A stretch of 43,551 nucleotides of DNA, the filler included, from Catajapyx aquilonaris (lineage: Eukaryota): assembly GCA_000934665.2 (NCBI GenBank). It is 2 parts of 2 records of this genome, joined end to end, with 100 filler letters (N's around TTAATTAATTAA, not from the genome) between each part and the next. Parts side by side here need not be neighbours in the genome. Positions count along the whole stretch, not along the records: positions 1 to 21,824 come from JYFJ02006008.1; 1 more part is not named here. One strand, 5' to 3'. The translations under genes and the position numbers were made by a program. Below, one piece after another: positions 1-12,000 of the stretch (position 1 is the stretch's first letter; every line of letters starts with the position of its first letter). Under the pieces are notes generated by a model. The model did not search any database and was not told the DNA's origin. It saw nothing but the letters and a program-made list of their open reading frames with translations.

Positions 1-72
1 TCCATCTGGGGGAAGGGGGGGGGGGTGTAGAAAATGGTGAGAAAAGTGTCCACGTAATTTATGGACGGCCCC
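1..72. mobile_element. Right end of a MITE (GGGGCCGTCCATAAATTACGT terminus, PIF/Harbinger-like)
   Basis: Terminus type recognised from arthropod MITEs; the other end lies outside the window. Confidence 0.45.
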
Positions 73-201
73 ATAGAGCAATTGCTATGTACTGTAATTG
101 GGCACCTCAATCTGGGTGTAAAGGGCTACACAAAAGTAACAACTTCAAGAGAAATTTCCTATAACTAAAGCAATTTGCATACCTGTAACACCCTGTACAT
201 A

Positions 202-396
202 CAGGTGTTTCAACGTTTTTGTCAGAACAGTTATCGGAAATATTGCTCTATAAGCTGCTACTTTGTAAGCAGTGACGTGCAACCGGTTTGTCGGAGGAAT
301 GGGGAATATTTCCTGCGAATCTTACGTTGAAGAGGTTGACGTGGCATACACTGCTTACAGAGTAGCAGTTTAGTGCAAAAAAGTTGAAACACCCTG
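202..396. mobile_element. Tc1/mariner-type MITE
   Basis: TA-CAGGTGTTTCAAC ... GTTGAAACACCCTG-TA; related copy at 5642-5851. Confidence 0.75.
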
Positions 397-1039
397 TATG
401 ATATGAAAGACAACTCTATAACACTACAGCCATCCCAGTGAGAGGTTGTGGCTAACAAAGCCCGTCCAACCTGATTAGAATGGTGCAGTGGTGTATGCAG
501 GGCAGGCTCCCACCCAAAATGTTTGAAATAGCATTAGAAATTACTAATTCATGATTTTTTTGGAAAAAGTGCTACAAATTTCATCAAATACATACCCATT
601 CAAATCTCCCACATTCACCTACGCTTGTGTGACCTTGAACCCCCCCCCCCCCCNCCCAATAAAAATTCCACCTGCGGAAGGCTTGCTCCCCGCCCTTTAC
701 AGCTTGTTCACCTATTGCTTATGAAATGGGCCCCCCTCCGAAAAAAATTTTGCCTACGCCCCTGGAATGGTGAATCTCACCTCGCTAGCTTCTCTACAGT
801 TAGGCAGATCAGCTAGAATTGGAATGAAGTGCTATCAGCATATCATAATTCTGGATACTTTGACGTGCCTGTTGTATGGAAGTGTGTCCACGATAATATT
901 CTGGCCATAGTACATCATCTACTTCACCATATTTGAAAAATTACATTAGGTTGTGTCGGGGACACAAGCCGCAGCTCTTGCGGACTCAACCTATACATTA
1001 TGTTTCACTTTTCTCAACTATAATGGCGGGGGCATGAAG

Positions 1040-1213
1040 GTGTGGATACGTCTTTAAAATCGGATCAGGGGGCATGCAGGCAAACTCGAGCGTTACAGAA
1101 AAGAGTTACCCAGCTGACCCCCCCCCCCCCTGGTAGGGGCTCTGACTGTCGCTTTTCTGTAACACTCAAGTTTGCCGGCATGCCCCTGATCCGATTTTAA
1201 AGTCGTATCCACG
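1040..1213. repeat. Palindromic MITE-like hairpin
   Basis: GTGGATACGTCTTTAAAATCGGATCAGGGG... pairs with ...CCCCTGATCCGATTTTAAAGTCGTATCCAC; arms about 65 bp. Confidence 0.85.
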
Positions 1214-1697
1214 TCAAAACTGTATTGTAACTGTTCAAGTAGTGTGACATTCTTCAAGAAAAGAGTTCCATCACACAGTAGTAAGATAATTATTGGGAAA
1301 GTACAAAATGTCAATTCAGGGGATCCTTGTTTAGTAGTGATTTCATAAGATGGCACCAGACATTTGCCCCATGGACGATCATAGCTCAGACCTGTGGCAT
1401 CATGCACTCTTCGCCCCATTGTTGCAAATGGTTCTTAATAAATTTATTGGCCTCCCTCCTCTCCAGTGGATGAGTATGGTACAGAAATGGAAGCCTGCAT
1501 TTGAAATTAATCTGTCTTGGGGAACAGGGAGAGGTCTGGCTGGCGAGTGTGGGGAGGGGCACATTGGGGAAGGGAGTAAGTCAACCACAACATCCCATTG
1601 TATATGACTCTAAAGCCAATGTTGAGATTATGCTGTTACAGAGTGATATGTGCACTTGTGCTTATGCTACCTCATAATCTTCATTTTTACAGATATA

Positions 1698-2693
1698 CAG
1701 GGTGGACGAAAAGTTTCGGACCCCCCAGGTTTTTAACCCTACTTTTCACAGCGTCTTTTCACATCTTTTAAAAGTTCACAAGCAGTTCTAATGTACACTA
1801 TCTTTTGAAGAATGATCTTGACAACATCTGAGCACCTTCGCTCTCGCAATTCCATTAATAACTTCGCCTTTGTGACTCATCTAAACATCCTATCGGTTTT
1901 GCGTTTATTTTGCTTGTTGCCTTGGAGGACACCTGGTCATATTCCACATCAGATAAGGTTTTTATGACCCTTTTCCATGAGTTCCCCTTCATGCAAATGT
2001 TGTGAACTCACTCCTGACCTTATTTTTCGCATTGGTCCACAACCTGGTCCAATAAAAATTTGAAAAGGAATGCATGAAATGGCGGACCCGGATGATTCAC
2101 TTTCGAATTGGTACCATCACATTTGTCTCCATTTTTACTTTAAAATAATTTTTTGGTGCGAAAGGACGTGAACGAAAGGATGTGTCATGTTGATTAATTT
2201 ACCAAGGTAGGACTGTTTACTGTCCTTTCCCACCAAAATATTATTTTAAAGTAAAAATGGAGACAAATGTGATGGTACCAATTCGAAAGTAATGCATCCG
2301 GGTCCGCCATTTCATGCATTCCTTTTCAAATTTTTATTGGACCAGGTTGTGGACCAATGCGAAAAATAAGGTCAGCAGTGAGTTCACAACATTTGCATAA
2401 AGGGGAACTCATGGAAAAGGGTCATAAAAACCTTATCTGACGCAGAATATGACCAGGTGTCCTCCAAGGCAACCAGCAAAATAAACGCAAAACAGATAGG
2501 ATGTTTAGATGAGTCACAGAGGTGAAGTTATTAATGGAATTGCGAGAGCGAAGGTGCTCAGATGTTCTCAAGATTATGCTTCAAAAGATAGTGTACATTA
2601 GAACTGCTTGTGAACTTTTAAAAGATGTGAAAAGACGCTGTGAAAAGTAGGGTTAAAAACCCTGGGGGGGTCCGAAACTTTCCGTCCACCCTG
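1698..2693. mobile_element. About 1-kb foldback MITE, Tc1/mariner-type ends
   Basis: TA-CAGGGTGGACG ... CGTCCACCCTG-TA; arms of about 470 bp are near reverse complements, with a spacer of about 55 bp. Confidence 0.92.
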
Positions 2694-2809
2694 TATTATG
2701 ACATGAGAATGGAGATAGTGCAACAACTTGCACTTTTACATACTTCTAGTATCATGGAACTTGGGAAGTATGCACATGCATTTTGACCAACAAAAAGGAA
2801 ACAGCCCAC

Positions 2810-3003
2810 CTGTCTTCGGTGGTGGCAATGAGGATTTATTCCGTGGGGATCCTCCCCTAGTAGACTGTGGTTTCCTCCGTGGTGCAGGACTCTGTGATGG
2901 TGAATGGGAGCGAGATCCATGATGAGACTGGCTGGAATATGAGCTGTAACTTGATCGACTGGAGGACCGGCTGGAGCTGGAATAGGACGATGACCTGCTG
3001 GAC
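2810..3003 (-). CDS. ZC3H18: ZC3H18 Ser/Arg-rich exon
   Basis: TTTTTGCAG acceptor in phase with the previous exon; SSRSSSYSSSSRS tract; probable donor ACAG|GTGGGC. Confidence 0.8.
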
Positions 3004-6000
3004 CTGCAAAAAAGCCACTCTTGCTGCAACACTACTACATCAACAAAATATTACGATACAAGCCTTGGAATGGGGCATCTTGCAATAAGGTTGATATATT
3101 ATTTTAGCAGGAGTTTGCAGGAGCTATAGGGAAAAGTTCAGCACGTCCGGATCACTTGTAACCCACAGATGGTGATGTGGGGCCTTTTTGGCCACAAGGC
3201 CACTTTTTTTTTTGTTATAACATGAAAAATTTAACACATCTGAGCTTCACCTTTGACAATAACTTCATTGGATTCCTTCTGTGATCAATGGCATTTAGTT
3301 TAAGTTTTTTGAGCAAATAGCACGATCAGGTAGAAAAAATATATGCACCAACATGTAGTTGGGGCCTAAATATGCTCACGTCACTGAGGCGGGACAGATT
3401 TTTGCTCCTGGATCCCAATTTATTATTTTTCTTTGATGTATTTTGCAAAATATTTAGTGTCTTGAGGCAATTCATGCAATGGCAAAATAAGTCAGAACCT
3501 CGGATTTCACAGAAAATATTTATTTTATTGCATCCCTACACTTCATACCATCACCTCCAATATTTACCATGCTCCCACCTGTCCCCCCGCACGTCCCGAT
3601 CACTGTGCTCCTACACTAGTCAGTCAGCAGATTCATCGCACATATTAATTCTAAAATGAAGCCCGCCTTCCTGCAACTTAGAAAAATAGGCAAACAACCT
3701 GTAACTCAATCTTATTGCAAGCTCTTGAAAATAACCCTGTCCAGCAACTATGCACTGGTGCAAAATAATTTTTTTCTGATCATGCTACTGTATTTGCTTA
3801 AAATATGTAAATGCCATTGATCACAGAAGTGTCAAGCCTAGCTTGCATTTATTTGAGTCCCCTGCACCTGTGTCATGTTGGGAATGCATATCTATTTCAC
3901 ATCAACATGTACACAAGATACAGGGATTCCGTAGCATCAGCACTTTCGTCATTTGCCCCATTTGGGTCTACCTCGGTACCGGGTGGCTGAGGAGTTCATT
4001 CGCGGATCAAGTCTCTGGCAGACTTTCCCCCTCTCAAGATGGTGATGAAACGTTGGTGCCTTCCTCATATCTCACCCCTATATTTTTTACTTCGATTGGG
4101 CTGATAATTAAACTGGTGGCATGATTTTGCACTGCTAAGATACACTGTTCTGGGTTCGATCCCCACCCGTGAGTTTCCTTCCGCCTGCGTCAGTGGGTCT
4201 CTGGCCCGCGCCTAAGACGGCGTCTTGGCAACCTAGCCTTCTGGGGGACTGCACATGACCCTTTTCCGACATTGCACTTGCACCTGTGTCCCCTCCCCAA
4301 AAATCCCTATCCTTACCCCATTTCCTTACTTCCCTGCATGGAGAATGAAGAAAAAAGTATAAATAATACTAGAAAACTGATGGTGGTATGCCACCCTCCT
4401 ATAACGACTTACAGTTGTATCCCAGGCTAAAACAAATAAATAAATAAATAATTTTGAATGGATGTCAAAGGGCTTTCTGGAACTGACTAGGCAGTGTGCA
4501 GATTCTTTGCAGGTAGGAAAAAGCTATGATACAGCCTCTACATCAAACCTCTGAGTAGCGCACTTTGAGCAGGTACTGTAATATATTGTCACATACATGT
4601 TACTTTAGGAGACTGAAAAAAACTTGACATTTTCATCTCTCTATTAACATGAATCCTAATATTTTTGTGGGGAAATCCTGGTAGGGAGGTTTGAGAAGAG
4701 TTCATTTTTCCTAACCAATTCATTGCCTATACAGGATGTTCCAAGTTAGTGGGTCCTTTTTAGTTATAGGAAATTTTGCTCCATGCTGTTATTTTTTCAG
4801 CTTGTTGCACCATTAACCAGGTGCCCTATTCACCTGGGAGTAATGGGACAACTGGATCAGGGCGCAACAACCTATACAAAAATAACTACTTCAGGTGATA
4901 CTAGTGATAACTAGAGAACTGATTTCTAGGTCATTACCTACTTTTTATTCTGTAGGCAGAACACCAGAACCAAATTATCTATCTGTTTCATAACACAAGG
5001 ACCTCAAAAATTGCAGTTTTATAGAACCTAAAATTGCCTATTTTTGGCACTACGACCTAAATGGCCTATTAGCATCCATTTTGCCCCTATTTCCACCTTT
5101 TTGACGCCACTCTGTCCGATTTTCGAGGAGTTTATGGGTTTTCCGTTCAAGGCATCCCACCAACTTCAACCTGTGAAGGCCGAATAAGCTGCAGGCATGC
5201 CAGATGAACTGACTGTAGAAGACATTTCACTTTTCAAGTATGATCCAGTTGCTTTGTGTGACATCGAGAGGTCATTTTCCGCGTATAAAGTTGTACTACC
5301 ACACAGGTTATCGCTGACAAATAATAACAACAACAACAACAACAACAACAACAATAATAATAATAAATAACTAAAATATGGAACTGCTAATGTGTTACTT
5401 AGGTGCGAAATTACATGGCCAAGAGTAAGCTGTGTGGAACTGAAAATAAATTAGGACCTGCTTGATTTTTAGTGCCTATTTAAGAGCCTATTTTGACTGT
5501 TTTCAGGACCTAAATGCCTACCTATTTGATGGTTTTTAAGAACATCAAAATCTGTTCCTTAGTGATAACTAAAAATGACCCACAAACTAGGAGCACCCTG
5601 TATAGCTATCAAAATTGTACTGATATAGTTATGTACTTATATAGGGTGTCTCAACTTTATTGTCCAAACAGTTATCGGCAAAGCCTATGTATCTTCTAGC
5701 TATGTAGCCAGATTATGCCCCAACATTCCTGGCACATCCCTCAACTGATAAAGCCAGAAAAGCATCACTGGGTGCAAGTCCCTGCCAAAAAATAAGCAGC
5801 TTAGTGCAACATTTCCGATAATTGTTCAGACAAAAAGGTTGAGACACCCTGTATAATTGTACTCATATACTGGCCAACGTAAGAAACATTCATAAGCACT
5901 TACCTGGAAGAAGAATAAGATGAGCCAGATGTGTATCCTGATTGTTTTGAGTCATGTCGTGATTTCCTTACAGGTGACTTGGACCTCATCCAAGGGTCAG

Positions 6001-9000
6001 CCCACTCATCACCACGAACTTTTTGACTACCAGGTTCACCAAATCGGTCCTCCCGCCACACACGTTCAGGTGTTCGTGTCCCAGGAAGCATATCCCGGTT
6101 TATGGGTGGTGTTTGTTGGGCTTTCCTCTTCTTATCGAAGGCTGCTACATCAGGCAACAAGGGGCGTTCTGTCCGTTCTCGAATTTTCCCTCTTTCTGCC
6201 TTTTGAGGTGAATAGTCCCGTGATCCAGGAGGCAATAACGGTGGGTGCTGATCTGTTGGGCGGGTGTTGTGATGACGACCATGTGGGGATGATGGATAAG
6301 ATCCTTCATATGATCTGCATGTTGGAAGCCAGTATCCATCCATTGATCTTGACATAAATGGTGGTGGGACCATATACAAATCATCATCTCTGTTTGGAGC
6401 TTCCCTTACAACTGGACTTGCTGGTCTGGTGTAATAATCATTCTCCTTATCTAATTCTTCTTGCCCTAATGTCAGGTTCATTTTCTTCTCCTCAAAGTCC
6501 AGATCAGTTTCTTTACGCTGCACAGACTTCTTAAGCATCTGTGAAAGTTGAAGATGTCTAAAATGTGTGTAGATACATGGTGCAAAGTAACAAAATTTGT
6601 CATTATACTGGCAGATTTCATGCTAAAATGTGCAATAAGCCTGTGAAAACATTGTACTGAAAGTCTGTGGTTGAATATTTTTCTGCCCTTTCAAATTGAA
6701 GACCTCAGGGTAAGAATGATCAAGGTCCATTTTTTGTCAAAAATTAGTTACATATCACAGAAGATAGTTTCAATAGCGTAGAATATGATGGTTTGGTCAT
6801 GGTTGAGAGTAATGATCATACTCCAATATGGAAGGCCCTGAAAGTGAGATTTACAATAGAATCTTATGGGCCTTCAAATTTTGAAATTATAATAATTATC
6901 TCAGTTTCACATGGGGTGGACCTTGATCGTTCTTCCCCCGAGGTCTTCAATAGTCATACCGACCATATACAAGAAATTTATATATCGCGTGAATTTTTTT
7001 ACTCCTAAGGCACTGTGCCCCTACCATAAAGGAGTGCCACACACACAAATATTTTGCTTATTTAACCCTAATAAGACTGGTGGTTTTTTGCGTTTTTGCA
7101 AGTATCTGCAAAAAATTCGCTTTCTTTGGGACTTGGGGGACGAGACTTGAAAACACTAGTGAATAAGATCGTATAGTGTCCAGGCTTGATCCTGAGGCCA
7201 TCTACGTGACCCTCCTCTCATACAATACAGAGATGTAAAGGTGCCAAACAAGGTGGCACAGGGATATGTTTTGCGCCTACTCCATTTTTTTTGTCACTCT
7301 GCCTGCTTGACAAAAAATTATTGGTATGTAGCCTTGGCACCTCTGAACAAAGCAGTTCATAAGTGCATGGCATGAATTACGTCACAGGACTGCGAGACTT
7401 GCAGCAGTCATAAACAAACAGCTCCTCACGAATGTAAACATTCAGCCATTCAAAAGGCGCGGGGGACCTGCGCCCTCGAGCCACACGGAGGCCTGCGTTG
7501 AAGTGCGCAGACTCCTGCCAGCCACTAATTGGCATTTACGAACATTATTTATTTATTTTAAAACTACTGAATCATCTTTTGCACTAATTTTAGGGTGGAA
7601 TCTCTTGAGGAGGTTTGGGGGCAACTATGTATGCCAAAAAATTGCCGGTCAAGGTAGTTTTTTTTGTTTTTAAAGTTTTTTTTCAGCGGCTGCAAAAAGA
7701 TGATTTCATTCAAGTTAATCCGGTTAATCCGGTTTATTCATGCACGATTTTGTAGGCCAAAACTCGCGATTTTTTACGCGCGAGAAAATTAAAAAAGCCA
7801 CACAGAAACCACGTTACATAGTGGGAAAATGATCTTTTTTAAAGCCACTGTCACATCATTTTTTTTTCATTACCCCACTTACTCCTTTGGGGGGGGGGGG
7901 GGGGGGGGGGNGGTGGGGTGGATTACCACCATCAGAATTTTTGGATCATATTAAGATGGATCTTATTAGTTTACTCCAAGGGTAGGTGGGAGGGGATGTG
8001 CAAAGTGCATGTGCGCTGTCGTTGAGTGGTCATTTTGTGAACTCCCCCGGGTGGATTAGTCTTTAGGAAATTTCCACCCGAAATGAAGCGAGAGATGGCC
8101 CAACTCTGCACGGATAAAGGTGGGAACCCCGGGTGGGGACTGAACCCACGACCTTCATATCCGTAGGCGCGCGCGTTATCGCGGCGCCACTTCATCTCCC
8201 CTACTGTCACAACATATGTGACGCCCGTCTTATTAGGGTTAACTGTATTGCATTGATTGTGATTGTCATATTTGGTTTGTAGTTGTTGTACTTTTTGTTA
8301 CTGGAAGGCTTACTTCTAACACTCCCTAAGAATTCCTTTTGGGTAGTTTTCCATCAGGCAACCACATTTTTTCTAACTGCCACTAAAATTGAGGCAGTCC
8401 AAGGAAAAACTAATTCCTGGCTACGTCTCTTGAATAATGAATGCTTGTAGAGGGATTATCACTAATTATGCCATTCTCTCTGGCACTGAAACTCTGCCGT
8501 GTTTAGGAAAAAGCATTGTGAAGTAAGGCCAAGTGTTGCTTGTCAGCCTCCATTACTATACTGCAGCTGGTGTGAATCCACACATTGTTACAGCCGATTG
8601 TCGATATGATTTTTTCCTCATCTTGGCAGAACTTCAGTGTGCTATCTCAGGCATTCCAAATGAGCCCAAATCCCCTTTTCATATTCGAGTAGTCTTTGAT
8701 AATCCCATTGATCTACACGTGAAGTGACTCTTATTCCTAAAGGTATAACAGACACACTTCCTAGGATGCACACACTTTCTAAGAACAAATTATAACTTAA
8801 ATGAACCACCGATACCTCATCATCATCATATCTCCCTGTGAAAGAGGTTTGGCAGGCTGCATACTGCTTGCAGCCTAACTTCTCAAAAAATAGGTGGTGA
8901 CCCTGCCCCCCCNGTATTCCACCCCCCCCCCCCCCCCCCCCCCCCCCAAGACATCCTATGCGATCTGATTGGTGGACCAGAGGTCAGGGGGATCAATCAG

Positions 9001-12000
9001 CTCGCTTAGGGAATGGTGGGTACAGGGGGTTCAAAAGAAAAGCCGGTTTTGAAACCCTACTCTGTGTGGCCTCAACAACATTTCTCCCATTTCAGGCCTA
9101 AAAATCGGCCAGAAGGGCTTGCAACCCCGAATATATTTTACCACGGCTGGATTTGAAAATGGCAAAATTTATCATTTCAGCGGCAATATGTAAGACCATT
9201 AAAGTTCCAGTTACCAAAGGTTTATCCTACCTGTATGTACATATTCTGAAAGGCCAAGACCTCTACTTTCAGGAAGTGAAAATCGGAACAGCCTATCTTG
9301 AATAGACACCAAACAGTAGCCCTTTTTCAGAACCCTTGCAAATGCTCGTTTCTGCTCGCCGCGATGAAGAAAAATGAGTATATAGCCAACATGGTGGCAG
9401 ATAAAAAATGAACAAAAATAGTTTTGAGAAAGTCAATATCAAGGCTACCTGTAGTGAAAATATAAAAAATTAACTAGAGGGTCGAGCAACCACCCTGACC
9501 CATCTCACATGGAATGACTGTTGGCGAGTACAGAAAATTTTCTCATTTCCCTCATTTCCAGGGTCGAGAGTAGGCCACATGTACAGAAAGGCTCAATTTA
9601 CGGAAAGAAGCGTTTGACTCGATTGTGACAATTGAATTGTTGAATCTAAGACTGGCAAAATAATGTCCATCACAGAGATTTTTTTACACCAAAACAACGA
9701 GGAACATTGTAAGTGTGATAGTGACAGTTATTTTTAAGATTTGAACACCTTTCATCGCTGGATATAAAGGTAGGCTTCCTTATAACTCTATGTGCTTTAA
9801 CAAATCCAAACTTCAACTCGAATCTTCTATAACTCGAAGTTTTTTCCCGGTCCCATGGATCTTCGACTTATGGAAGTTTTACTGTACTTAAAATATGCCC
9901 ATCTTTTTGAGAAGTCCAGCTGTGAGCAGTATAGCAGGATCCACAAGTTACAGTAACTCACATATGTAGCCTAAAATGTGCCACACACTAATGTAACTGG
10001 AAAAGCATTCAAGGGCCATAACTACAGCTCATCTTTCTTAAAGGGACACTCCACTCAAAATACAAGTTGGCCCCCAAAATTCGGGCAAAAAATCCTGATT
10101 CCGAATGTGCAATGGGTTTTTTCCTACGCCCAACGGTAACACGGAAAATAATATATCTACACACGTCGTCTGCTAAGAAGGGCGATACAACAGCATCTCG
10201 CGGCAAACCGGAGAAGTATAGTACGCATGCCGCGCCCAGGGTCACCTACATGAGTGCCTCCCCCACCTAGACAGTTAGGCAGTTAGGGTGGGGGAGGCAA
10301 CCATGTAGGGGACCCTGGCCGCGCCAGGATGCTTTCTCTAGTTCCGCCCGGTTCCACTCTGGTGGCGTCGCCACCTGCGCCCACCTTCCCCGCGCGCGGT
10401 TTTCGAACGACACACTTCCAGCTTTCACACTGGCTTTACCGTTCGTCTCTAAGAAAAACTGCTTATACCCTCGGAATCAAGATTTTTTGCCCGATTTTTA
10501 GAACCCAACTTGTATTTCGAGTGGAGTGTCCCTTTAAGTGGCACAATTGCAGTATTATGAGTGTCAGGGGGCTGGTTTAGCACATCAAAAAATGCCTAGC
10601 CTTGAACCTGCTTCCTGAAGGCTGTACAATTAATTTTAAAATACAATTTCAGCTTTTAATTTTGGTGTCAGTGTCCTTTAACCCTAATAAGACTGGTGGT
10701 TTTTCGCGTTTTTGCAAGTATCTGCAAAAAAATTCGCTTCTTTGGGATTTGGGGGACGGGACTTCAAAATACTAGTGAATACGATCGTATAGTGTCCAGG
10801 CTTGATCCTGAGGCCATCTATGTGGCCCTACTCTCATGCGTACACAGTGGAAACTCTAATATGTACAACAAGATGGCGCAAAGGCGCCTGTTTTGCGCCT
10901 ACTCTAATTTTTTGTCACTCTGCCTCTATGTATACTATGTATGCCTAAAATTTGCCGGTCAAGGTCGGATTTTTTTTTAAAGTTTTTTTCCGGCGGCCGC
11001 AAAAAGATGATTTCATTCAAGTTAATCCGGTTAATCCGGTTTATTTATGCACGATTTTGTAGTCCAAATCTCGCGATTTTTTACGCGAGAGAAAATTTAA
11101 AAAGCCACACAGAAACCTCGTTACATAGTGGGAAAACGCTATAGTTTCGCCAGCAGAATTTTTTAAAGCCACTGTCACAGCATATGTGACGCCCGTCTTA
11201 TTAGGGTTAACTAACGCAAGAAAAGTATCATGCAATTTAAAATGTTAGCAATAAAAGCCATAGATACATAACTTTTTGAAAGGAACACCTAACTCACCCA
11301 AACAACCATCTATGCATTGTAAGTGGTCTACACACAGGCAGATTTAGCAGTAGTTTCAGTTTTTGTCTAAAGGATAAGACAATTGACATGGGCCACTCAG
11401 TCCGAAGGATGGAGCACCCTGCACCAGTTGGTGGATCCTTATATCTAGTTCTAAAACCACCCATGTGTGGAGTGAATAATAATGATAGCAAGCTTTTACT
11501 GCAGAAGGCCTCTATTATGGTAGGCCCTAAACGCTAAAAATATACACCAAAAAAGGTGCACTAATTAGCATCTATCACTATTTAAAGTAAACTACCTATT
11601 AGGAAGTCAAAATACTCTTTGCCCAGCCAGCAGCACTGCATTTATATCACATGACATACCTCTTTTGCATGACGTAACCCTCTTTCCCAAGCTGATTCAA
11701 ACACTGGTTCTTTAACTTCTGCTTGAGGACGGCCCATCTGAAAAGTACATAATTAATAGTGAGGATATAATATTACTTACAATTGCAGAATTTTGCAGAA
11801 CAAAAAAAATTAAAAGTTACACTTGAAAGTTAGTCAACAAAAATTCCTAAATTACACCCATTTGCATTTCTTATCATAAGGCATATCTTGATATACTGGA
11901 GCATTATTCATTGTGTTTCTGTCATGAAAGGGAAGGACAACCCATTCAATGATTGTTTTTGCCATAGATTACAATCTTACACATACCTGAGGTTTGCATT

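Larger units (their letters stand above)
4732..5600. mobile_element. Tc1/mariner-type MITE split by a nested hAT-like element
   Basis: TA-CAGGATGTTCC ... GGAGCACCCTG-TA; related end at about 95-195. Confidence 0.6.

Noticed and set aside
1400..1610. Possible further ZC3H18 exon (Pro/Ser-rich ORF)
   Set aside because: No recognisable ZC3H18 motif and no convincing in-phase splice pair
4030..4056. Penelope-type hammerhead ribozyme (CTCAAGATGGTGATGAAACG)
   Set aside because: The catalytic core CTGANGA is not intact and no flanking stems are evident
5166..5354. Poly-Leu signal-peptide-like ORF
   Set aside because: Translation of the (AAC)n microsatellite
5920..6357. Antisense ORFs over ZC3H18 and GR exons
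   Set aside because: Shadow frames of real coding exons
7888..8947. Long G and C homopolymers as G-quadruplex elements
   Set aside because: They contain or adjoin ambiguous n bases and lie in repeats; lengths are unreliable
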